64,000 bases of DNA from Candidatus Zhuqueibacterota bacterium (GTDB lineage Bacteria > Zhuqueibacterota > Zhuqueibacteria > Thermofontimicrobiales > Thermofontimicrobiaceae), in contig JAPDPQ010000001.1 of the NCBI GenBank assembly GCA_034506395.1, positions 4,435 to 68,434 on the forward strand, written 5' to 3'. The notes under the pieces are model-generated. The model did no database searches, was not told the DNA's origin, and saw only the letters and a list, made by a program, of their open reading frames with translations. Below, in pieces: positions 7,742 through 15,642 of this stretch. A program made the translations under genes and the position numbers. The stretch's first letter is position 1, and every line of letters begins with the position of its first letter.

Positions 7742-9187
7742 TTGTCTTTCCTTGGTGAAAATCAGATCGAAACGATCGCCCAAAAAATTGTGGAGATCAT
7801 TATTGGCAAGAGCTCAGTGCCGGACGCGGGTATAAGGAGTAGCTCGGTCTTTCGTTCAGGCTGGTTGGGGATTTTCCCCACCATCGATGAAGCCGTGACC
7901 GCGACTTCGATCGCTCAGCGGCAATTGACCAGCATGACGCTCCGAAAGCGAGATGAGATCATCGCCAGTATCCGAGCCATGATGCTGGAACATGCGCGGG
8001 AGTTGGCCGAATTCGCCGTTGCAGAGACAGGGTTGGGCCGCGTCGAAGATAAGATTGCCAAAAATAAATTGGTGAGCGAGAAGACGCCTGGGACAGAAGA
8101 TCTCTATCCGATTGCCCGATCTGGAGACCACGGGCTAAGCTTGTTCGAGCCAGCGCCTTATGGCGTTATTGGCGCCATCACGCCAATTACCAACCCCACT
8201 TCTACGATCATCTGCAACACGATCGGAATGGTTGCAGCGGGCAACGGGGTGGTTTTCAACGTTCATCCTGGGGCAAAAAACACCTCAATCCAAAATATCC
8301 ATTTAATAAACCAGGCTATTATCCAAGCTGGTGGGCCCGTGAATTTGGTCAGTGGCATAACCGAGCCAACAATTGCAACGGCACAGCAATTGATGCGCCA
8401 TCCTGGGATACGAATTTTGGTCATCACAGGCGGAGGTGCTGTGGTCCGAGAAGCGATGAACAGTGGCAAGCGAGCCATTTGCGCTGGGCCCGGCAATCCA
8501 CCTGTGGTAGTTGATGAAACCGCTGATTTGGAGCGCGCTGGCGAGTTCATCGTGAAAGGCGCATCGTTCGACAATAACATCATCTGTGTGGATGAAAAGG
8601 AACTCATCGTGGTTGAGGCAGTGGCAGACCAATTGCTCAGGATCATGCAGAACAAAGGGGCGATCTTGCTAAAACCCCAGCTTCTCCCCCAGCTCGAGCA
8701 ATTATTGTTCGAGAAAACGAACGGGCCGGCCAAGCCAGGGATGATAAATAAAAGCTTGATCGGCAAAAATGCCAATTTGATCCTCTCGAAATTGGGGCTA
8801 TCGGTCGATGATCGGATTCGATTGGCCGTCATCGAGGTCGATCGCACCCATCCGCTGGTCTGGACCGAACAGATGATGCCAATTTTGCCGATGGTGCGGG
8901 TGGCGAATGCGGATGAGGCAATCGATTTGGCAAAACAGGTAGAAGGTGGAAATTATCATACTGCGGTTATGTATTCCCGAAATCTGGACAATCTCAGCCG
9001 GATGGCCCGGGAAATTAACACGACAATTTTTGTGAAAAACGGTCCCGCCTATGCTGGATTAGGATTTGGCGGCGAGGGATACACTTCTTTTTCTATCGCC
9101 AGCCCAACGGGAGAGGGCTTAACAGGTCCGCGCAGTTTCTCAAGAGAGCGGCGTTGCGTGTTGGTAGATCATTTTCGGATCGTTTAA
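7742..9187 (+). CDS. CoA-acylating aldehyde dehydrogenase (EutE/PduP family) with N-terminal encapsulation-peptide-like extension
   Basis: 481 aa, TTG start after GGAGCGAA. EutE/PduP-type motifs (...GNGVVFNVHPGAKNTS..., ...RAICAGPGNPPVVVDETAD..., ...SFDNNIICVDEKELIV...). The N-terminal ~20 aa (ENQIETIAQKIVEIIIGK) form an amphipathic helix typical of BMC encapsulation peptides. Confidence 0.9.
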   Translation: MSFLGENQIETIAQKIVEIIIGKSSVPDAGIRSSSVFRSGWLGIFPTIDEAVTATSIAQRQLTSMTLRKRDEIIASIRAMMLEHARELAEFAVAETGLGRVEDKIAKNKLVSEKTPGTEDLYPIARSGDHGLSLFEPAPYGVIGAITPITNPTSTIICNTIGMVAAGNGVVFNVHPGAKNTSIQNIHLINQAIIQAGGPVNLVSGITEPTIATAQQLMRHPGIRILVITGGGAVVREAMNSGKRAICAGPGNPPVVVDETADLERAGEFIVKGASFDNNIICVDEKELIVVEAVADQLLRIMQNKGAILLKPQLLPQLEQLLFEKTNGPAKPGMINKSLIGKNANLILSKLGLSVDDRIRLAVIEVDRTHPLVWTEQMMPILPMVRVANADEAIDLAKQVEGGNYHTAVMYSRNLDNLSRMAREINTTIFVKNGPAYAGLGFGGEGYTSFSIASPTGEGLTGPRSFSRERRCVLVDHFRIV

Positions 9188-9188
9188 T

Positions 9189-9812
9189 ATGAAACTATAC
9201 CCTGCAATTGCGCTGATCGAGTTTAGTAGCATTGCCACCGGAGTAATTGCTGGCGATGCGATGATCAAAAGAGCGCCGATTTCCATGTTAAAGGCTGGCA
9301 CGGTCAGCCGAGGAAAATATCTGGTGATGATTGCTGGTAGCACAGCAGCGGTCGAGGAATCTTATCGGGCTGGTCTAAGCGTCGGCGAAGCTGCGGTCAT
9401 CGATAAGGTTTTTCTGCCTGATGTGCATCCGCAGGTGCTCGACGCTATCCTTGGAGCAAGAAAAAAAATCAGCTCCGAGGCACTCGGGCTGATCGAAACC
9501 GCATCTATTGCCGCGACGATCGCCGCCGCTGATGCTGGCATCAAAGGGGCGATGGTCGATATCATCGAAATTCGGCTGGGCGACGCATTGGGCGGCAAGG
9601 CATTTGTGATGATGAACGGAACAGTCCACGACGTCACCGCTGCAGTTACCATTGGGCTGAAAGCGATCTCCAATGAAGCGCTTTGGCGCAATCATATCAT
9701 CATCCCATCGTTGCATCACGAAATGGCCCGTCAGATCGACCGTTCGAGCCGATTTGCCCTGGTAGAATATCAAAAATTAGCTGGAGACGAGAGCGAACAT
9801 GTTACTGGGTAA
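9189..9812 (+). CDS. Tandem BMC-domain shell protein BMC-T (PduT-like)
   Basis: Two canonical BMC domains (ALIEFSSIATGVIAGDAMIKRAPI... and LGLIETASIAATIAAADAGIKGAMVDIIEIRL...); starts 2 nt after the aldehyde dehydrogenase stop. Confidence 0.85.
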   Translation: MKLYPAIALIEFSSIATGVIAGDAMIKRAPISMLKAGTVSRGKYLVMIAGSTAAVEESYRAGLSVGEAAVIDKVFLPDVHPQVLDAILGARKKISSEALGLIETASIAATIAAADAGIKGAMVDIIEIRLGDALGGKAFVMMNGTVHDVTAAVTIGLKAISNEALWRNHIIIPSLHHEMARQIDRSSRFALVEYQKLAGDESEHVTG

Positions 9813-10089
9813 AGTGATCGGCACTGTTACGCCCTGCGTGGTTTACCCCGGACTCGAAGGCGTTCCGCTTCTGCTGGTTCAGCCGCTGAGTAAAAACTCC
9901 AAAGCGGTCGGCAAGCCCATTGTCGCCTGCGATGCCACCCGAATGGCTGGTCCAGGAGAACTGATCTATTACGAGGGCGGCCGCGAGGCAGCGCTGGCAT
10001 TAGATCCCTGGTTCGTCCCAGTGGATCACACCATCATTGGCATTGTGGATGGCGTCCATCTAATCGATGAAAGCTCTCAGTCCGAGTGA
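9799..10089 (+). CDS. BMC vertex protein BMC-P (EutN/CcmL family), copy 2
   Basis: MLLGKVIGTVTPCVVYPGLEGVPLLLVQPL...GKPIVACDATRMAGPGELIYYEGGREAA; overlaps the BMC-T stop by 14 nt, suggesting translational coupling. Confidence 0.85.
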   Translation: MLLGKVIGTVTPCVVYPGLEGVPLLLVQPLSKNSKAVGKPIVACDATRMAGPGELIYYEGGREAALALDPWFVPVDHTIIGIVDGVHLIDESSQSE

Positions 10090-10319
10090 AATTCAACTCT
10101 TTCAACCTCGCAGACAGCAAGTTCCTGCTGCAAAATGTCAAAAAGAGGCTATATTTTCACGCCGGCGAAGGCAGGTATCTCAACATTCGGTTGACCTAAC
10201 GATCAGTTTAGAAGGAGGTTCCTGTGCGCAAGCCAGCGGACAGAAATGAGAGGGCTCAACCATAGCGCTTTTTGCAACAGAAACTCGCTAGCTAATTTGT
10301 TAGAATTGGAGAAAAAGTT

Positions 10320-10592
10320 GTGATTATCGGCAAAGTCGCTGGAGAAATCTACTCCACGATCAACCACAGTTTCTATGATCAAAAAAAACTGCTGATCGTG
10401 GACAAATTGGACCTAACTGGAACGCCCACAGGCGACTATTTGATCGCAGTAGATTCCGTCGATGCTGGGCTCGGTGAAACGGTATTGGTCATTGATGAAG
10501 GCAATTCGGCCCGACAGGTAGTAAGCGATCCCAATGCGCCAATCCGCTCAATCATTATCGGGATCATCGATGCCGTGCGCATTGAGAGGTGA
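10320..10592 (+). CDS. BMC vertex protein BMC-P (EutN/CcmL family), copy 3
   Basis: GTG start preceded by GGAGAAAAAG; MIIGKVAGEIYSTINHSFYDQKKLLIVDKLDL...YLIAVDSVDAGLGETVLVIDEGNSAR. Confidence 0.8.
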   Translation: MIIGKVAGEIYSTINHSFYDQKKLLIVDKLDLTGTPTGDYLIAVDSVDAGLGETVLVIDEGNSARQVVSDPNAPIRSIIIGIIDAVRIER

Positions 10593-10840
10593 CTTCAATT
10601 CAAGAGCGAGATAGCAGCGTTCATCCTCCGTTCGCCGTTCCTTCGGTCCTCGCTCAAGCCAGTCGCTTCAGGTTGTCAAATTTATATCGATGCAAAGGAT
10701 GAAATATTTGACGAGCTCAAAGAGATTTGCTTTTACGATTTTGGGCCCTATTTGCATTCTTTCAGAAAAGCGTTATATTTAATTGATCGTTATTTAATCT
10801 TATTTCGAATTGCTAATCGAACCAAGCGTAGAAAGATTAT

Positions 10841-11527
10841 ATGGCGAATGAATGGCAATTGCGACGGGAGATCGTCGCGATTGGCAAAAAGGCTTACGAA
10901 CGCGGGCTGGTGACGGCCACAGATGGGAATATCAGCGTGCGAGTCATGGGAGATCGTTTTCTGATCACACCGAGCGGCAGTTGCCTCGGAGAATTGGCAC
11001 CCGAACAATTGGTTTATGTCGATTTTGAAGGCAAGACATTATCTGGCGGTAAGCCAACTGGAGAGCTGGCCATGCACCTGGCTGCTTATCGAGAGCGGCC
11101 AGACATCCATGCCGTCTTGCATGCACACCCACCAATTACCACGGGCTTTACCATCGCTGGCGAATCACTGGCGCAATGCGTCATCCCCGAGGTTGTGGTG
11201 ATCTTCGGGACCATCCCTACTACGGAATATGCCACTATTTCAACTGAAGAGGGTGCCAAAGTCATTCGGGAATTGATCCGCGACCATGATGCTTTGATAT
11301 TGGATCGGCATGGGACAATTACAGTGGGAAAAACCCTCATCGACGCATATCGCAAACTCGAGAAGGTCGAATATGCCGCCCAGGTCACCCTGGTTGCCAA
11401 ACAATTGGGCAAAGTGAAAACCTTATCGCGTGAACAAATTCAAAAATTGGAAGCCGTCAGGCAAAAATATGGCTATCAGGGCCGAAAATCGCTATGCGAG
11501 GCATGTGGCCTCTGCAATATTTCATGA
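10841..11527 (+). CDS. Class II aldolase/adducin-domain protein (L-fuculose-/L-ribulose-phosphate aldolase-like) with C-terminal extension
   Basis: LVTATDGNISVRV...FLITPSG...GKPTGELAMHLAAYRERPDIHAVLHAHPP...LDRHGTITVGKTLIDAYRKLEKVEYAAQ. The last ~30 aa (TLSREQIQKLEAVRQKYG...CEACGLCNIS) extend beyond the ~200-aa aldolase fold. Confidence 0.85.
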   Translation: MANEWQLRREIVAIGKKAYERGLVTATDGNISVRVMGDRFLITPSGSCLGELAPEQLVYVDFEGKTLSGGKPTGELAMHLAAYRERPDIHAVLHAHPPITTGFTIAGESLAQCVIPEVVVIFGTIPTTEYATISTEEGAKVIRELIRDHDALILDRHGTITVGKTLIDAYRKLEKVEYAAQVTLVAKQLGKVKTLSREQIQKLEAVRQKYGYQGRKSLCEACGLCNIS

Positions 11528-11694
11528 AATCAGTCAGCGCTGACGACTTCATCCAATTGAATTAAAGCATCGACAAATTGCCGTGATCGCCAATTGCGCG
11601 AATTGACCCAATTAACCCAATTTTGCTATTCGCCAAATTAGCTTTATTCGTTTGAATTCGCTGTTTTATTCTATATCCCATCGCGCCAATCCAG

Positions 11695-12588
11695 ATGAAG
11701 GAGAACAAATTTTTGACTGCAAATCAGCAAGAACCGATCCAATCCACATACGACTGTATCCCCTGTGCTATCGGGAGCCTGATCACTCTATTTAAAAAAG
11801 GACTGGTTTCAGAAAGGGATCAGGAAATCGCCATGCGAGCATTATTGCGTTATCTCAGCACCATTGATTTCCATCAATCCCCTCCCCAAATCGGTCAACA
11901 GATGCAACGGATCATTCGACACGTGCTCAATAATCCTGATCCGTATTTAGAAATCAAACAGCAATTCAATCGCTTGCTTCTCGATCATTACGTTGAATTA
12001 AAAGCATGGGTGGACCAGGCGGCAGATCCATTTCAGATGGCATTGCGATTGTCCATCGCTGGAAACGTGATCGATTTCGGTCCGAATCAACGCTTTGATG
12101 TCCACCAAACATTGGAACGGGCAAAGACTATTGTCCTGGCGATCGATGATTCAGAGCCTTTGCGCCAGGCCATCTCGAAAGCAACGCTACTTCTCTATTT
12201 GGGAGATAATGCTGGCGAAATCGTGTTGGATCGTATTTTCCTGGAAACGATTAACCATCCCAATGTCTATTTTGCTGTTCGCAGTGCGCCCATCATCAAT
12301 GACGCATTGCTGGAAGACGCAATCATGGTAGGAATCGACAAAATTGCCCATGTCATCACCAATGGGGATGATGCGCCTGGGACAATCTTAGAGAACACCT
12401 CAGCCCAATTTAAGACAATTTTTGACCAAGCGGATCTGATCATTTCAAAAGGCCAGGGCAATTATGAGGGTCTTAGCTGCGTTGATAAAAATATCTTCTT
12501 TTTGCTAATGACCAAATGCGAGCATGTCGCTAATCATCTTGGAGTAAAAAAAGGTGATTTTGTGGTGAAACAAGGACAAGGTTGTTGA
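11695..12588 (+). CDS. DUF89 family protein (ARMT1-like damage-control/sugar-phosphate phosphatase)
   Basis: 297 aa; pattern ...LLYLGDNAGEIVLDRIF...ISKGQGNYEGLS... recalls the DUF89 metal-dependent phosphatase family. Recognition from memory, moderate. Confidence 0.55.
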   Translation: MKENKFLTANQQEPIQSTYDCIPCAIGSLITLFKKGLVSERDQEIAMRALLRYLSTIDFHQSPPQIGQQMQRIIRHVLNNPDPYLEIKQQFNRLLLDHYVELKAWVDQAADPFQMALRLSIAGNVIDFGPNQRFDVHQTLERAKTIVLAIDDSEPLRQAISKATLLLYLGDNAGEIVLDRIFLETINHPNVYFAVRSAPIINDALLEDAIMVGIDKIAHVITNGDDAPGTILENTSAQFKTIFDQADLIISKGQGNYEGLSCVDKNIFFLLMTKCEHVANHLGVKKGDFVVKQGQGC

Positions 12589-12795
12589 GTTAAACTGTGT
12601 TAAAATTCTTGATGATCATTGCATGAGGGTTCTACAATTGAATCCATTCGAATTTTGCTCGTCGCTGCTAAAAAAGTTTAGGAATCCGTTTTGTCTCATT
12701 CATCGATGTACGCATTGATTTTATTCATAAATTAACAGATGAGCTGTTGAAAATAGCTTTTTGTATTTTGCAGAAATTCCTCAAATGTACAAGCA

Positions 12796-13623
12796 ATGGA
12801 GAAACCCATGTATCCAGTTCTTTTTAGATTTGGTGCCTTTGAGCTCCGCAGCTACGGTCTCGCTCTGGCGCTGAGCGTGGCGCTGGGAATTTGGATTTCT
12901 TTGAAGCGAGCGCCTCGCTATGGAGTCAAAAAAGAAACGATTCTCGATCTGGCTGTGATCATTATGCTGGCAGCGATCATTGGCAGTCGATTCTGGTATG
13001 TGATCTATCATATTGATGAATTTCGCGGGCATTGGTTCGATACCATCAACCCGTTTCAGGGTGGCACGATCGGGATTGCTGGTTTATCCATGGTCGGCGG
13101 GGTGGTTTTGGCAATTCTTTCGGCGCTGGTCTACGCGATGGTCAAGAAATTGGACTTTCTGAAGTTGGGCGATACCATCGCCCCAGTTTTTTTACTTGGC
13201 GAAGGGATCGTCCGCGCTGGTGGCTGCTTTCTGAACGGCTGTTGTTTCGGTCGCCCTACCGATAGCCCGCTGGGCATTGTTTTTCCTCCAGAGGGCGTGG
13301 CTGGTTCGCTGTTCCCTCACACGCATCTTTGGCCTGCCCAACTGTTCGCCTCTGCATTGGGTTTCATTGGATTTGCCCTCGCCCTCTGGCTTGATCGAAA
13401 ATCCAAATTCAAAGGATTTACCTTTTGGCTGGTGTTCGGGTATTATGCAATCGATCGGTTCATCGTAGATCAATTTCGCTATTATGAATCACCTCAAGTA
13501 TTAGCCACATTAGGGCCGATCACTTTTAACGCGAATCATTTGTTGCTGGCCGGATTGTTTATTTTCAGCGTCTTTTTCTTCATTCGAGGCTGGCGCCAGC
13601 AGCAGAGGTCAGAGAGAAAATAG
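12796..13623 (+). CDS. lgt: Prolipoprotein diacylglyceryl transferase
   Basis: Multi-pass membrane protein with the Lgt signature (...LRSYGLALALSVALGIW... and GGCFLNGCCFGRPTDSPLGIVFP). Confidence 0.85.
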   Translation: MEKPMYPVLFRFGAFELRSYGLALALSVALGIWISLKRAPRYGVKKETILDLAVIIMLAAIIGSRFWYVIYHIDEFRGHWFDTINPFQGGTIGIAGLSMVGGVVLAILSALVYAMVKKLDFLKLGDTIAPVFLLGEGIVRAGGCFLNGCCFGRPTDSPLGIVFPPEGVAGSLFPHTHLWPAQLFASALGFIGFALALWLDRKSKFKGFTFWLVFGYYAIDRFIVDQFRYYESPQVLATLGPITFNANHLLLAGLFIFSVFFFIRGWRQQQRSERK

Positions 13624-14628
13624 ATTGATGTGTTCCTGAGTTCGCTCGACTTGATGGAACGCATCCTGTTGTGACCTAACACAAAATCAAAAAAGTTCTT
13701 TCGATGAATTGAATGGGGGACAAGATGAATTGAAATGGCTCAAGGCTGCAACTTTCTTAATTTTCGCTTGGGCACCTTCTTCTTGTACCCTCTTTCTGAC
13801 ATCTTCAATTTACGATCGAATGATTTCTTTCATGAACGCAATGGCAAAATTAGTAGCTCTGAAAAATTTAAATTGCATCCCTGGCATGATCTATGCCCCA
13901 AAGAAAGCTTCATCCTCATCAAATGGCCATTGTCTTCAATTTAATATTGATCGATCATTTTGACTGAGCATTCAATCGTAAAAAGTGATATTCAAAAAGA
14001 ATTTTTCTGCCTGCATAATCTATCTGTGAAAATCAATTTATTGAGCATCTATTGGGTTTTGATCGTCACGACCCATTTGAAAATTTCTAATGAAGCAGCC
14101 TTATTTATCGCCCACAGCTTTTATGGCCCGAACATCAAAATTTGGAATTTAACCTTATTGGCTTATTTCTTGGCTGTTTGAAGATTTTGATCTCCATCCT
14201 CGATATGATAGTCAGCTTTCGAAAACAAAAATAAGGTGCTTTGATTTCACCCGACATGCTATAGCTTCTCCATGTTGCGGATTTGCTTTATCCAGCCACT
14301 AACAATTTTAGGCAGCCAAAGCGCATTTTATCCTATTTCTGGGGAAATCAGCCGAGCAGAGGATTCTGAGAGTAGACACTTTTGGCTCTAGATCCGATTA
14401 GCTTGAAACATTGGGGCGAATGGATGAGCTTCATTGATTTTGATAAATAGCATGCTGAGAATTGCATCCATTGACATGGAATCAACATTGAAAACAATTT
14501 CTGCTGAAGATCTCTCCTCCTTAAAAATTTCAATTTTTCTCGCCCACGGCTGAGTCAAATTATGTGGATATGTGAAGATATGTTTCAATCCTACAAAGCA
14601 GGTGCTAATAATTAGCTGGCAACCAAAG

Positions 14629-15504
14629 CTACATTTTGCGGCATACAATGCAAACATACGGAATGGTGAGGTGCAAAGCGCCGTTCATATGAGCAATGCG
14701 ATTCAATTTTTGTTCAACAATTTCAAACACAGGCTTTCGATCTTCTGGAGAAAGGATCTTTTCCCAACTTTCTAAAAACGCAAGCTTGATGAAGAAATGA
14801 CCGAACATGGCACTGCCATCCAAAAAACTCATCGAAAAATGATCTTCATGAATTTTCTTGATGCGAAAACCTGCAGTGGTGATCATTTTCAGCGTCTGAT
14901 GAAGGGGTCTGCGTTTTTCATGAATATGTTTGTGCATCTCGTCAATTTCCCGCCGCTTTCCCATCTCGCTTAAGGTTTGTTCGAAAATTTGATAAAACTC
15001 CTTCATGGTTCCTGGAAGGTTGACAGTAAGAATAAATTGGGCGTGAGGCTGGCTCACCCGTGCACATTCTGCCAAAACAGCCTCAGGATCGGACACATTA
15101 TTGATCCCATTATTGGACACGATCAAATGAAAAAAGAGAGCGGGAAAAGGCAAATGTTCTCCCAGTGCTTGGATTAAAGCGACATTGGATAGGGCTTGAC
15201 CGTGAGCCTTTAATTGAGCTCGCTTTAGAGCGGCGAACCATGGGTCAATCCCATAAATTTGACATGAGGCACCCATCCGATTGGCCAATTCGATCAATGG
15301 GAAGCCCGCTCCACAGCCGAGATCCAGTACATTCATCTTCGGCTTCATCAAAACGCTATCTAAAAGTCTCAATCCGAATGGCGCAGACCACAATGGGAGA
15401 TCATCCAGAATCGAAACGAGCAATGGATCGTTTGAATCGAACTTCTGACTGACATAATTGTGCATGATTGAGATCCCGTGGTTCGTTGATTTTTTGAATA
15501 TCAC
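14629..15504 (-). CDS. Class I SAM-dependent methyltransferase
   Basis: Motif I VLDLGCGAGFPLIELA. The true start may be the internal Met at about 15465 (MHNYVSQ). Confidence 0.7.
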   Translation of the reverse strand: MIFKKSTNHGISIMHNYVSQKFDSNDPLLVSILDDLPLWSAPFGLRLLDSVLMKPKMNVLDLGCGAGFPLIELANRMGASCQIYGIDPWFAALKRAQLKAHGQALSNVALIQALGEHLPFPALFFHLIVSNNGINNVSDPEAVLAECARVSQPHAQFILTVNLPGTMKEFYQIFEQTLSEMGKRREIDEMHKHIHEKRRPLHQTLKMITTAGFRIKKIHEDHFSMSFLDGSAMFGHFFIKLAFLESWEKILSPEDRKPVFEIVEQKLNRIAHMNGALHLTIPYVCIVCRKM

Positions 15505-15642
15505 GATGAGTGATGCGCAGCAGGATCGAAGATCAGCTGCGAGGAATCTTTTATTGCTGGGGAACCCATAAGTTGCCCATCAGTAGAATAGTAAAACTTT
15601 AAATAAATTGCAACCATTATTTAACAATAGGAGTGATTCAGC

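Noticed and set aside
8263-8847. 194-aa and 109-aa minus-strand ORFs inside the aldehyde dehydrogenase gene, plus similar ones (9362-9773) inside the BMC-T gene
   Set aside because: Shadow ORFs opposite well-supported genes; biased composition and no recognisable domains.
10067-10249. 60-aa plus-strand ORF in the gap between BMC-P copies 2 and 3
   Set aside because: Overlaps the end of BMC-P copy 2 in another frame and has no RBS or motif; only the separate 13-codon micro-ORF with a consensus SD was kept, as a finding.
11527-11560. Perfect palindrome GTCAGCGCTGAC just after the class II aldolase stop, considered as a terminator
   Set aside because: No loop and no following T-run; DUF89 follows on the same strand 170 nt later, so it is at most a weak structure.
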